Shown here: positions 1 through 15,236 of the stretch, in pieces | How the letters are laid out: every line of letters begins with the position of its first letter | Numbering within the stretch: position 1 is the stretch's first letter | DNA from: the human T2T-CHM13v2.0 reference genome, Homo sapiens | Length of the DNA: 64,000 bases | Direction: 5' to 3' (one strand) | Assembly (NCBI RefSeq): GCF_009914755.1 | Contig: NC_060933.1 | The notes under the pieces: model-generated | Seen by the model: only the letters and a program-made list of their open reading frames with translations | Told to the model about the DNA's origin: nothing | Database searches by the model: none | Translations under genes and position numbers: made by a program

Positions 1-195
1 GTCTGTCTTTTGTTCCATTTCTAGATACTCCCTGAGGACCCTGTACCTCCTTCCATTAAAGCAGCAATTCCATATTATTGTCAATATTTCTTTATGTTTG
101 TCTTTGCCCAGTAGACTCCAAGAAAGCAAGGATCATATTTTCCCAATATTTTTTTCAAAATGACTAGCCCAATTCATTGGTCATGACATATATGA

Positions 196-920
196 TAAAA
201 TAGCTACAATTTACTGAGTGCTTAATAAATTCAAAATACTATTCTAAAGCCACTTATATCAGTTTTCTATTGTTGCATAACATATTACCGCAAACTTAGT
301 GGCTTAAACAACACACGTTTATTATCTCATAGTTTCTGAAGGTCAAAAATCCAGGCACAGTTTAACTAGGTTTTCTGCTGAGGGTTTCACAAGGCTGCAG
401 TCCAGGTGTCTGCAGAGATGCGTTTTTAGCTGAAGACTTGACTGGGGAACAATGTGCTTCCAAGCTCATTGACATGTTAGCAGTATTCATTTCCTTGTAG
501 TTATATGACTTAGGGCCCTGGCTTCCTAATGCTATTAGCTGAAAGCTCCTGTAAATTACTAGAAGTTACTTACAGTTTTCTACCATGTGACTCTTTCCAT
601 ATGCAGTTCATAACATCGCTGTTTGTTTCTTCAAAGTCAGCCAGTTATTGTCTCTAGTGTGCTAAGGGAAAATCATATAAAGGAAAGTAGTCATTTCCCA
701 TCATCTTTGCCATATCCTATTGGTTAGCAACGTAGGAGAAGTTCCACCTATACTCATGGGGAGGGGATTTCATAAGGGCATGATGCACTGGGGGCTGTCT
801 GAGAATTATCCTGCCATACCATGTGTTGTCTCATTAAATCCTCACAACTCTGTAAGGCATGTGCTATCATTATTAAGTTAATGAAGCCTAGGACATCAGC
901 TAGTAGAAAGCCAAGTCAAA
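196..920 (-). mobile_element. MIR SINE, split by an MLT1 insertion (pieces ~196-255 and ~821-920)
   Basis: AATAGCTACAATTTACTGAGTGCTT on the left and TCTCATTAAATCCTCACAACTCTGTAAGG on the right are consecutive parts of the antisense MIR consensus. Confidence 0.65.
256..820 (-). mobile_element. MLT1-family (MLT1E/F/G-like) ERVL-MaLR solo LTR
   Basis: Begins ATATCAGTTTTCTATTGTTGCATAACA..ACTTAGTGGCTTAAACAACAC and ends CTGCCATACCA; typical antisense MLT1 motifs. Confidence 0.8.
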
Positions 921-1349
921 TACATGTTCACCAAATTTATAAGTGAAGTAGAAAAAAAATAAATGAATGCATTAATGTTGGTTCAGCTTTTCCCATTACA
1001 AGCAATATGAAATGCACCTGTGTAATTAATAAAAATCTACTCATCACAGCATGCTGCTTAAACTAAGAATCTGAGAAAAGATCAAGTTCTTGTGTCTCAT
1101 ATGCCTATTTGGTGGGATAGAAGTGGGAATTTCCTGAGCTATTTAACTCACTTTATTTCACTTCACCTTGATTGTGTGTGTGTGTTTATATATTCAATTC
1201 CAATAACTTAAAATTGTTTGTGCTATTAATCCATTGTAAAGTCATTAGAAATAATTTGATGATATTATATCATGTTACATTATTTTGATAGACTGATTTG
1301 TTTATGCATTCATTCATTCATTGTATACCTTCACTAATAAGAATATTAC

Positions 1350-1455
1350 TTCTCTGAGAGCTGGACCTATTTGTTTTAAACACTATTGTGTCCTGAGAGC
1401 CTATCAAATAGTTGGCACTTAGCAGGCACTCAAAAAATAACTTTGAATGACTTCA
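1350..1455 (+). mobile_element. L2 LINE 3' end remnant
   Basis: TGGCACTTAGCAGGCACTCAAAAAATAACTTTGAATGA resembles the L2 3' terminus. Confidence 0.55.
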
Positions 1456-2395
1456 CTGAATCAAATAAAATAACATATTAAAACAATAATTTAAAATTTA
1501 TTGTCATTTTTCTTTTGTTCAAACATTGTTGTTGCTACTGTTTGCTCTTTGTATTTAAAATCCAAACTGCATCTAGAATAAATTAGTGGAATTAATTATC
1601 AAGCTTCATTTGGCTTTAATGCACAATCAAACAAAATGTATTTTGAATTTTTTCTGTTGTTTAAACATCACCAGCATTTAATTAAATTTCAAGTAGCTAA
1701 TGTGGGAAGGAATGAATTGCTTTGCCAAAACATAATCCATATAGATTTAAAGAAAAGTTGTGTTTTCCCATGTGGGCTTAACTCAGAAGGTCTAACTTAT
1801 AAAGTGTTCCTCTGATCTCTGAAGACATACTCATTTTTATGATGTATTTCATATAATCAAACTAACTAAATGATTTTGGAAACAAGATTCCAACAGCATT
1901 TTTTTCTGTCTCTTCCACTTTCAGCTAGAAAATATCCAAATCATTTATCTTGAGGTAGATCTCTCTTGTAGCTTATAGCAGTAAACTCATGGCTAACATA
2001 TGGTGTTATTTAGCCATGTAACAGAAAAGATTAATCAAGGAACAAAATGTCATTATAAAGAAAACATTTTAAACTGTGATTTTCTTTTCCCTCACTTATG
2101 GGCATCTAGCCAAATTCATCTGTAGCTGACTTAAAGAAGGACATGTGGAAATAAAAAAACCAAACTCTTAAATTATCAGTGGCATTTAATGTATTTGAGA
2201 TACTACAGTGGCATCCCATTGCTTGTGAAATGTAAATATTTCCTTTTAATGAGAAATTACGTTGTTGTTTTAATTTTCTTGTAGGTGTGAAGTGAATTTT
2301 TTTGGTGTTCATTAAAAAGAGTAATATCACCAACATTGCCAATAATAGCCATCCATGCTCGAGCTCTTACTATTGGCCACCTAAGACTTATAATA

Positions 2396-2693
2396 GGCCA
2401 GGCGCGGTGGCTCACGCCTGTAATCCCAGCACTTTGGGAGGCCGAGGCGGGTGGATCACCAGGTCAGGAGATCAAGACCATCCTGCCTAACACGGTGAAA
2501 ACCCGTCTCTACTAAATAATACAAAAAATTAGCCGGGCGTGGTGGACGGTGCCTGTAGTACCAGCTACTCAGGAGGCTGAGGCAGGAGAATGGCGTGAAC
2601 CTGGGAGGCGGAGTTTGCAGTGAGCCAAGATGGTGCCACTGCACTCCAGCCTGGGTGGCAGAGCGAGACTCTGTCTCAAAAAAAAAAAAAAAA
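2396..2693 (+). mobile_element. AluY SINE, full length
   Basis: Dimeric Alu with Y-type diagnostics (GAGATCAAGACCATCCTG..TAACACGGTGAAA; GAATGGCGTGAACC), A-tail merging into (TAA)n. Confidence 0.95.
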
Positions 2694-3343
2694 TAATAAT
2701 AATAAATTATTATATCTTCTAGATCTCTCTGAAAAGAGAAGGTTTTAACTCATGAGTGGGAGAACTTATAGGAAAGACTTTAGTAAATGTTGTAGGTTAC
2801 AAAGAATACTTGGCCTTATTGAACAACTTGATATGTTAGAAATGTCTTGTTATTAGGGCAAATAGTCACTGGATGGAAAAATAACTCCTTATTAACAATA
2901 GCTATTGTGTTTTGAATTCATATAAGTACTATTATAGTTAAAATAAATTTTTAAAAAGTCATAGTAGCTTTCCATCAAATTTTTAAATCAAGCACTAAAA
3001 TAGTATAAGGAACGAGGATCAACTATTGCTTTTGATATGAAGCCTTTACACTTTAAATATTAATAACTATTGCATTATCTCATTTATTCCTTACAAGGGC
3101 CTTGCTTGCACCTCAAACTGAAGAAATTAACATTAATTATATGCTTAACTTTAGGTAAGAGCTTTACTCATGAATTATTGACTCACCTTGTGAGGTAGGT
3201 ACTAGTTATCCCAAGGCCATGGGTATGAACACAGACCTGTTTGATTTTAAAGCTTTTGTTTCTCCAATTGACCTACACTGCACAGTTTCTGAACCAGCTT
3301 AAACTTTGTCTTATCTACATGTATCCTCAAAGACTGTAGGTTT

Positions 3344-3671
3344 TCTTTTCTTTTTTCTTTCTTTCTTTTTTTTTTTTTTTTTTTTCTGAGACAGAGTCTT
3401 GCTCTGACACCCGGGCTGGAGTGCAGTGGCGCAATCTCGGCTCTCTGCAACCTCCACCTCCCGGGTTCAAGCAATTATTCTGCCTCAGCCTCCTGAGGTG
3501 TAGCTGGGATTACAGGCACCCGCCACTATGCCCGGCTAATTTTTTGTATTTTTGGTAGAGATGGGGTTTCACCATGTTGGCCAGGCTGCTTTTGAAGTCC
3601 TGACCTCGTGATCCACCCGCCTCGGCATCCCAAAGTGCTGGGATTACAGATGTGAGCCACCGCGCCCGGCC
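3344..3671 (-). mobile_element. AluS (Sg-like) SINE, full length
   Basis: Antisense Alu with poly-T; TSD AAGACTG(T/G)AGGTTT at 3330-3343 and 3672-3685. Confidence 0.95.
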
Positions 3672-4234
3672 AAGACTGGAGGTTTGCAGCAGTTTTCCAG
3701 AACCTGTGAATGCTGCTCCCATTTTATGGAGTCATATGATCAACTTTTTGTTTGTTCTGGTTGTATATTTACGCATATACATATTCACTTTATAAATTGA
3801 ACAAAGAACACATTCTCATAACTTCCTCAAAACCTGCTGGATATGTGACACATTAATTTGGAATACATTTGTATAAATTAACATTCTAAGTATGTAAACT
3901 AAAATTCAGACTAGGTAGCAGTATGAACTCCACTTCATTTATATTTCCAGGCATAAATTAATTTTTTTTACTGAAATAGGACAATTCTTCCCTAATGAGT
4001 TCTATATTAAAATAATAAATGTAATGTTAAACAAGAAGCCACAGAGATTGTTTACACTGGTAACTGTTCATAAAATTAGTATTTCCTTAGTTCCCAGGGA
4101 TAGTAGCTATATTGTTTATTAGCAGACACAAACAAATTAATCTGTTGGAAGAAAAAATAAGCACAATATCCTTTGACATTTTCATGCATGATAAACACGA
4201 CATTATTCTGCCAAATTTATACTGAACAGAGAAT

Positions 4235-5760
4235 GGTACTCAATCCAATTCAACAAATATGCATTAAATGTTTACCATTAACATGTTATTCTAATAAATG
4301 TTCTTTCCAAAGATAGCAAAAACACAGCTTCTGACCTCAAAAAAAAGATAGTGTCTATTACAGAAAATAAGATAAGTAATTTTTTAAGTGAGTACTAAGG
4401 GCCTAATATTACTGGTTCTATAAAAATGATGCAAAGTGCTATGAAAATTTAAAGGAGTGAGAACTAACATTGAGTTGAGGTGATTAAGAAGTGCTTTAAG
4501 TAATGTCTGCCAATGAGATCTATCTTTAATAATGTGTCTTCATGATGTGAAGGTAGATTGAGAGAAAAATCATTGCACTATGGGCATAGCTTGAGCAATG
4601 ATATAAAAATGAAAAGCATTTATGATGTTTGGAGGAATAAATAGTACCATTTGACTACAGAACATGTCATTCATTATTTTACCAAGATTTAATGCGTGCT
4701 TTCTATGTATTAGGCATTCATTTAGGGACTGGGAATATAATAATGAACAAAATAGACAATATTCTTCTTTGAAGTTTGTTTCCTTGTGATGCAAGATAAT
4801 AGGCCTACAAGAATGCAAATAATCGAATGAGTCATATGAAGTAGATTGACAAAGTAGAAGAATTCAGTAATAAGGAGTCTTGAATTCAGCTTGGGTTGTT
4901 GTTTATAATTCCGTTTTAAGTTAACGCTTTGAAAAGTTCTGAGTGATAGGGTAGTCACTATGGTGTATAAAAATTAGTATATGCCTGTGTATGAATTAGA
5001 ATTGAATAAACAGCAATGAAATCGGTTAGAAGGCTGCTACAAGTGGTTCAGGCATATGTCACAAATTAAGCCAATGGCTATAGGAATGAAAACATAAGCA
5101 ATTGGGTGAAACACATTAAAAAGTTTATGAGTCTTTACAACTGACTAAATGTGTGGGAATCAAAAAACATAAAGTCTTAAGTATTAATATCTAATCCTTT
5201 AATACTAGACAAAGAATTGTGCCATTATCTGCAAAGCCAAAAAATAATCAAAAGATGGTTTAAAAGAGAAGGTAATAAGTCTAGTGTTTATCCTTTGGGA
5301 AGTAGTCAGAATATACCAATGATGAGGTAGAGCAGGCAATGTGAAAGTTAGTGTCACAGCAATGAGTGAGCAATTAAAGCTAAACATATTAGAAGACAAA
5401 ATTATTTGCATTGATTTACTGATGTTAAATTGAATGTTACTTGGGACTGAGTATGGAAGGGGAGAATGGAACGACTTGGGAATATCTACATTTAAAGAGT
5501 TAAAGTAGGTTAGGGTTGATGTTAGGTAGAATGTGGTTGAGATTATGTTTTTAAAGTATTTTATTCTAGGGGATAGAGGGAGAAAAACAAGGCAACTAAG
5601 GAGACAAAGAAGAAACAGTGCATCATAAAAAGAGTATAAAATTGGTGGCATGAGGAAATGAAGGAAGTATGATTAACAATGACCCATTCTATAAAAGTCA
5701 AAGAAAGTAAGAACCAGAAATAAGTCATTTAACTTTAGATTGAGAGGTCATTTCTAAGGT
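4235..5760 (-). mobile_element. Degenerate L2 LINE fragments (at least two 3' ends)
   Basis: ATTCAACAAATATGCATTAAATG at ~4250 and CATTCATT...CTATGTATTAGGCATT at ~4670, followed by purine-rich antisense L2-like sequence. Confidence 0.55.
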
Positions 5761-5784
5761 GAATTTTTGAAATGCAGTAAAACC

Positions 5785-6050
5785 AAAAAGGTAGATGCTG
5801 AAGAATGCATACTCTGTGATTTAATTTATATAAAGGTCAAGAAGAGGAATATCTGTCATGGTAAAGATTATAATATTATTCTTGAGGGATGAAATATAAA
5901 GAAAACTTCTGAGGATGCCAGAAATGCTCTAAGTCTTGATTTAGGTTGTTACATGGGTGTATATATATGTAATAATTATTTTAGTTATATATTGAAGCTT
6001 TGTGTAATTCACTATAAATAGTTTAAATAGCAATTAAAAGTGAAATTTTA
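5785..6050 (+). mobile_element. Old L1M (L1ME/L1MC-type) 3' UTR
   Basis: GAATGCATACTCTGTGATTT..TATAAAGGTCAAGAA..AACTTCTGAGGATGCCAGAAATGCTCT..TTACATGGGTGTATATA. Confidence 0.7.
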
Positions 6051-6454
6051 TAGAAAGGCAAGAAGGGAAGGAAGAAAGGAAAGAAAAGAAAACAGAAAAA
6101 AACAGAAATCTGGTCCATAATGGTTTATTGAACAATGTCTCCAGCTTCATATAAAATTAAGCATATTCCCAGACCCAGAAGTAACATATGTTACTAAATT
6201 CCCAGTATTGCTTATGCTAGTTTAGGCTACATATTCTGTCATTTGCAATATAAAGCATCCTAAATTGTAGAAATACAGATAAAAAAGCTTAAGTATCATT
6301 TTGCAATTTGAATCATAATTTAAAATTATGATTAATAATTTTAAGTAATATTAAATATTTTTCATATTAAAATGAGAAATCCAGAAATGCTATGTGTTCT
6401 ACGAACTCAACTTAATGTTATAAAGTAGCCTGTTAATTACATGACAGTATTAGA

Positions 6455-6900
6455 ATATAAGGACAAATATTTATGTATACATATGACAAAATATGTGTAA
6501 CATTTTTATACTGAAAAGTAACAAAACACTATAGAAGTAAATGAAGACCTAAATAAATGGAGCTTTAATGTCACATTCAGGAATGGGCAGACTTAGTGTT
6601 GTTAAGATGTAAATCCTCCCCAAAGTGATCCAAAGGTACAAAACAATCACAGTAAAAATCCTGAAAGGATTTTTTTGTAGAAATTGACAAGCTGGTTCTC
6701 AAATTTACGTAAACAAGGCATGGGAACTAGAATAGCCAAAACAATTTTGAGAAACTACAGTTGGGGTAATTATACTACTTGATTCAAGATGAAGTGCACA
6801 CTATAATTTAGGAAGATAGTGTGGTATTGGTATTGGTGAATAGATAAAGCAACATGAAAGTCTAGAAATATCCTGCACACATATTCAATTGAGTTTTGAA
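6455..6900 (+). mobile_element. Old L1M ORF2 fragment
   Basis: GAAGACCTAAATAAATGGAG..GAAATTGACAAGCTGGTTCTCAAATTT..AGAATAGCCAAAACAATTTTG match L1 ORF2. Confidence 0.8.
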
Positions 6901-7988
6901 CTCATTCTGTTTAGTTCATCTCTGTTTTTGCAGTTATTTGATGAGCCTTCATTGCTTATCTTAAGCTGAAGACTCTTAGGCAGTGGTTTGAGCAAAACAA
7001 AAGATTTCAGAGAGAATAAAAAATATTTTCAATCAGATGAGGGAAGAAAGCATTTGTGAAGACGACACTAAACTCATAATATAGCAATACGTAAATCACA
7101 AAACATCAGGAATATATTATGAATGGAGAATAAGGTGCCTTTGTGGGAATGGCAGGTGAGAGGCATGATAAGCAATTTGGTGCCAAATCACTAAAAGCCT
7201 TTTTTACTTGGAACACAATGGGGAGCTGCCACAGGTTTTTCAGCAAGTAGTCATGAAGCATTGTGTGCATGTGGGGTGGGGGAGTACATACCAAGAATGA
7301 GTGAGTTAGAAGAGCTAAAGGCAGGGAGCCAAGGACAGACATTTGCCATAGCCAAAGGAGAAGTTATATGATAGAAATGCAGTAGGAAAATTGAGGGCAA
7401 GGAGAATAGATTTAATTTTTTTAATTGAGGTTTTATGTTACCTGATAACTCATTGATTATGGGGCAAGAGACAAGAAAGCAAGTATATGACTTCAGGTTT
7501 CTGGCCTGAACAAGATGTTTTTAATTTGACCAATGTTTCCATGAGTATAAACTTATCAGATACTGAAAGGGCAGTGGCTTGAGGATGCACATGGGATGGG
7601 CATGTGGTAATTAGTTAAGCTTTGAACTTACTTCCAAAACAAAATGTTTTAGGGACAGACAAGTGAAAAATATCAAAGAGCCAGCTTAAAATATAGGCCT
7701 GACAACCAGGAAGGAAATGTATACTGGCAATGCATATTTTTAGTTTATTCAAAACAAACATTTATTAACTCAGGAAATATTTGAGGGCCAAGTATGCCAC
7801 ACATGTAGATGATTTATCTCTGTTTTGTCATCTTGTTTACATCAACCCTATGGAGAAGGCGTTGAGGCCATAGCTATGGAATAGGTGGTCACGGAGAGCA
7901 AAAACATGGATAAGGAAACACAAAGGAGCTGAGGACACTCCTCATTATCTCCCAATTTAGGGTGTGGTTGAGGAAAAAGAAGCAATCA

Positions 7989-9511
<1,523 letters not shown>

Positions 9512-11186
9512 AAGAAGGAATGATTAAGGAGCTCAGATGACTCAGAATGGGTTAGGTAAAATATAAAATAAAGAAATTTTGGTTTTCCAATTAGATAATT
9601 GAATATGAAATTTAGATTTTTCCCATTAATTTGTGATAGTTGAGGCAATGAAATAAATTACTAAATTAGAGGTGAGGAAATTACAGACAGTCTTTATAGA
9701 CTGAACTTTCAAAATGTTAGATTGGAGAGGTGGGAAAGACAGGAAGAAACTTGAAAAGAGATTTTGGCATAAGCCATACCTGGACATATTTCTAGTTTAA
9801 AAGAAAGGTGACAGTACAAAAGAAAGGAATAAACAAGATTATTTGAAAAGTATACATTCTAGAGCAGCCAGAAAAAGAGAATTGGAAGCTTAAGAAGTAA
9901 AGGGTATGTGTGAAAGCAGAAAATATTTCAGGAATGATAGGGTAGAAGGAGAATCATAGCTAACACAAACCCAATTTCCAATCCAATCTCAGCATTCAAT
10001 TAGAAAGTCTTTAACACCAAAATGCTTACTTCTCATATATTACAGTATTTGAAAAGAAGCATATGAAATAGACCCTTAGAGCTATTAAATTAAGTTTTTA
10101 ACATATGTTCAAATTAGTTTGAGAGTTGAAGACTATTATTCTTGGCAGATAAAATGAAATATAAAATTTTCTTAAATCTACTAGCAAATGTGGGCCTTTC
10201 AAATATGCTTTAATTTACTACTAATTTATACATAGATAAGACTTTTTACTTTAATTAAATGTTCTATGGAACACATTGCATAAAATAGAAATAAAGTATT
10301 TGCATAGAATGATTTATTTACACCTTTTAAAGATACACAGTTTAAATTATAATTGTGTTGGGGGATATGAGTAAATTGTTTGAAGAAGGCTGTTCGTTAA
10401 ATGATCTTTTGAGAGTTAATTATAGAATTACACCTTTAAAATTGTAAGGAAAGGCAATTTGCATTAGTTTCTTGAATTAGATGATTCAATATGCTTATTT
10501 AAGTAACTACCTTCCAAGAATAAGATTGAGAAAATCCTACCAAGCTTTGCAATTTAGCAGACTCTAAATCTTGTCATCTTGTTTTCATCAACCCTATGGA
10601 GAAGGGTCCATAGGAGAAGAGTTCATCAATAACATTGAAAGTACGCTGACACACTTTTAGAACACAAAATCATCACTGTACAGTATAAACATATTTAACA
10701 TACCTTGGTAGTTGAAAAACATGAACAGCCTGGAAAAATACAAAAAGAAATACTTAGCATCTGGTGCCAAGAAATCACTAAAGTCAGATCAATGAGGCAG
10801 TTTGAAATTATTTCCCCACCTTTTACAAAATAAGTCTTTGATTAAGACTGATAATACTAAATAGTGTGTGATTTCAAATGGACTATGTAATATGGCATTT
10901 GTGTTGAAAATTTAGTAATAATATACCATTCTTAGATTTATAAGTTAAAAAAAATCTAATGAATTACAAGGATTCCTCTGAGCTTCATACATATTAAAAA
11001 ATCCCAGGTATGCTGTTAGAAATATCCAATCCATATATATAACATGTCTAATAATTCAATGAGTCATTTGCATTCTCTGTTTATTAATTGTTGCTTCACT
11101 CAAACATTGCTCACTTCAGAAAATAGGTACAAGATGAATTATATTTAAGCAATTAGTAGTTTTATTTATAATAAAGTTCACTTTAA

Positions 11187-11574
<388 letters not shown>

Positions 11575-12344
11575 TAAAAGGGGCTATACTCTATAAAGAT
11601 TAAAGACAATAATTCTGTGTGTTTGAGAATTGCTGTATTTTAAAACAGTTGAGCTGTAAGTATCCAGTTTCACTTTTGTATGTGTAAATTGAATACAGTG
11701 AAAACTCTGCCTAAAAAAAAAGTCAAATGATTTTCTAAACATTGCATATCTTAAGTCTGTGTCTTTTATATGACTCCAAAATAATTGTTTAATTAATCCA
11801 ACCAGTCTGTCATTTAGAGAGGCAATAGTTCAATAATTAATATAATATGGATTAAAAATGAAGATGTTTTCTTGAATTTTTTTTTGTTTTCAACAGTTTC
11901 TTGTCTTTAAAAATCCATAGACAAGCAAAGAAAAGCAGAGGCTATGTAGTAACTATGTTTAGTAGTAATATACACAATTAACATTATAAATCATTTAAAT
12001 TCCTATGGGCAACATAATGTGGTAGTAATATCTGAAATCAAAAATTATACAGTTACTAAATATAGGTCTTGCCATGGTTACTTATATTCTCAGATTTTTT
12101 CCTTTACTGGATTTTATGAAACTGTAAATATGGCAAACATATGTTTCTGTAAATAAGAAAAAGGGCTGGGTTGGAATGGGACAGAACTATTAGGCACTAA
12201 ACGGGTTTTGTGATTTAGTGACATTAAACATCTTTTGGCAGTTTTGTTCAACCATTGCACACAGAAACTTTTGTCTAATTTGGTTAAGATCCCTAAGCAT
12301 TACTGACCTACTCAGACAACCTAGGTATTTGAAAAGACCACAGA

Positions 12345-12580
12345 CTCTAGAACAAGTCTCAGATTCAAACTCTGTCTATTCCTAATTATGAAAACTTGGA
12401 CAAGCAATGTATCTCTCTATAACTCAGTTTCCTCACATCTGAAATGGTTAAAATCTCAATATCTACTTCATAATACTGTTGTGAGAAATGATTTAGATAG
12501 TCAGATAGCACTCAGAACAGGGCCTGGCACATAGTAAGCTCATAGTAAATGCTAGCTGTTATCACTGTTATTGTTATTTT
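12345..12580 (+). mobile_element. MIR SINE
   Basis: Core CTCAGTTTCCTCACATCTGAAATGG and 3' end GCCTGGCACATAGTAAGCTC. Confidence 0.85.
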
Positions 12581-14357
12581 ATGAAAGGAGCATCCTCACA
12601 ATAGATTTTTGGTCTGTGTCTTAAAATACATGATAAATTCATAACTTTCACTGTATTTTGTTCCTTTCAACTCACACTGATTATATCTACTGTGTTCATC
12701 ACTTAGGTTAAACATATATAATTTTTTATGTTTACATATATACATAATTTATTTTTAGATCTAAGTTGGGCACTTCCTGATAATAATTCAGCCAGTCTAT
12801 TCTGGCACTACATCTTGAAACTGTGTGTTTTACCTCAGTGATGAACCTATGAGCAGCATTTCCATAGAAACCCCAATGAGAAAGCCAGGACCTGATAAAT
12901 TCACTCGGTGTCAAATAAGAACATAACATATGTTGTGTACACATATAACAGGAATATGTCTTATTAAGCTTAAAGATAGTGAGAGGCAGATTTGTGGCTT
13001 TTCCTATCCTAGATAGTAATAATCACATCAGGTCTTTCTTCAGTATCAATTTTTAAATTACATTTGTGTTCTTTAACTTTGAAATATTTTAAGTTGTCAA
13101 TGTAACATATTGAAAATTAATGAGAACAAAATATTTAATGACAATTATATAATGATACTTTTTAATTAAAATGTGAAGGATCTAACAGACATATACAGAA
13201 TATTCTACCCCGAAACAGCAGAGTACACATTCTGCTCAAGTGTTTACAGAACACTCTCCATGATAAATAATATGTTAATTCCCAAAAAAGACAACACATT
13301 TAAAAAGAATGAAATCATAGTATCTTTTTCAACCACAATGGAATAAAACTGGAAATCAATAAAAGAAGAAAGAGTAGAAAATTCAGAAGTATGTGTAAAT
13401 TAAACAACACTCTCTTGAACAACCAATGGGTTAAAGAAAAAAAATTAGGAGAAAAAGTAAAAAATACCTTTAGATGAAGGAAAATTAAAATACAACATAC
13501 CAAAATGTATGGAATGCAGTAAAAGCAATACTAAGAGAGAAGTCTGTTGTAATGACACCTTCATTTAAAAAGAAGATCTCAAATCCCTAACTTTAAACCT
13601 CAAAGAACGAGCAAAACAAAAGTAAACAACTAAACCCCAAAGTTAGTAGAAGAAAATAAATGATAAAAATTGGAGCAGGAATAAATGAAACAGAGAATAG
13701 AAAAGCAATAAGAAAACATAAATGAAACTAAGAGTTAGCTTTCTGAAAAGATTAACAAAATTAACAAGCCATTAGTTAAAATAACTAAGAAAACATAAAT
13801 AGAATAACTATAATAAAATCAGAAATAAAAGACATTACAACTGATGCCACAGACTATAAAAAGTGATTGTAACATACTATAATGAACAACATGCCAACAA
13901 ATTGAGTAACCCACAAGAAATTCTACCAAATACTTAAAGAATAATTAATGCCAACAACCAATCCTAATCTATATTTTTTAAACAACTGAAGATGATGAAA
14001 GACATGCAAATTTATTTAATGAGTTGAATATTACCCTGATACCAAAGCCAGACAAAAACACTACAGGAAAAGAACAACCTAAATATATTACAGATGAATG
14101 GATAAAAAAAAATGTGGCACACACACGCACACACAACGGGATATTATTCAGCCATAAACAAGAAGAAAATTCTGCCATTTTTGACAACATATACGAATGT
14201 GAAGGAGATAATTCTCAGTGAAATAAGCCAATCATGAAAGGACAAACACTGCTTGATAATGCTTACCTGAGGTATATAAACTAACCAAACACAGAAACAG
14301 AGAGTAGAATGGTAGTTGCCAGTAGCTTGTAGGATGGGAAAATGGGAAGCTGCTATT

Positions 14358-15055
14358 TGTCTTAATTTGTTTGGGCTGCTATAATATCATTAACTGGGTG
14401 AATTAGAAACAACAGAAATTTATCTCAGAGTTCTGAGGGCTGGACATTGTAAGTCCAAGGCACCAGGAGATCCAGTGTCTGCTAAGGGCCTGTTTTTGGG
14501 GTCATAAATGGTGCCTTCTTGCTGTGTCCTCATTTGGTGGAAAAGATGAGGGGTCTCTCTCAGGCTAAATTTATGATGGCACTAATCCCATTTATGAAGG
14601 CTCTGCCTTAAATATCTAATCACCTCCCAGAGGCTCTACTACTTAACATTATTATCTTGGAGTTAGGATTTCAACATGTGAATGTGAGGAGAAAACAAGC
14701 ATGATATAGTTTGGCTCTGTGTCCCCAACCAAATCTCATGTTGAATTGTAATCCTCAGATGTCAGGTGAGGGAACTTATAGGAGGTGATTGGATCATGGG
14801 GGTGGATGTCCCCCCTGCTGTTCTCATGAAAGTGAGTTCTCACCAGATCTGATGGTTTAAGAATGTGACACTTCCTCCTTTGCTCTCTCTTCATGTAAGA
14901 TGTGCCTCACATCCCCTTCACCTTCTGCCATGATCTTCAGTTTTCTGAGGCCTCCTCAGCCATTTAAACCTCTTTTCTTTATAAATTACCCAGTCTTAGG
15001 TAGTTCTTTATAGCAGTGTGAAAATGAACTAATAAAAAGCATTTAGTCCATTGTA
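14358..15055 (-). mobile_element. MLT1A-like MaLR solo LTR, split by an MST/THE1 LTR
   Basis: TGTCTTAATTTGTTTGGGCTGCTATAA...TAATCACCTCCCAGAGGCTC...GGATTTCAACATGTGAAT, with terminal TTTAGTCCATTGTA after the nested LTR. Confidence 0.85.
14702..15036 (+). mobile_element. MSTA/THE1D-like MaLR solo LTR
   Basis: TGATATAGTTTGGCTCTGTGTCCCC...TAAATTACCCAGTC...AACTAATAAA; 5-bp TSD AAGCA at 14697-14701 and 15037-15041. Confidence 0.92.
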
Positions 15056-15236
15056 TTGTTCAATGGGTGAAAAGTTTCAGTTATGCAAAATGGATACGTT
15101 CTAGAGATCTACTGTACATTTTCTATGTTAGTATTATTGTATTACTGTATTGTACACTTAAAATTTAAGTGTTCACACAACGGTCATAATTTCTAAAAAA
15201 AAATGCTTACATTCTCTAGATATACATGTTTAGTAC

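Larger units (their letters stand above)
13175..15203 (+). mobile_element. Old L1 (L1MA9/L1MB-like), internally deleted: ORF2 pieces ~13175-14075, 3' end 14090-14357 and 15056-15203
   Basis: GATCTAACAGACATATACAGAATATTC, AACAACCAATGGGTTAAAGAA, ATTACCCTGATACCAAAGCCAGACAAA, CAGATGAATGGATAAA; the 3' UTR resumes after the LTR nest. Confidence 0.85.

Noticed and set aside
2265-2390. Strong splice acceptor TTTTAATTTTCTTGTAG at 2284
   Set aside because: No clear donor or coding frame follows; such acceptors are frequent by chance in AT-rich DNA
5205-5651. 148-aa hydrophobic ORF on the minus strand
   Set aside because: Lies in a degenerate L2; composition reflects T-rich sequence; no recognisable domain
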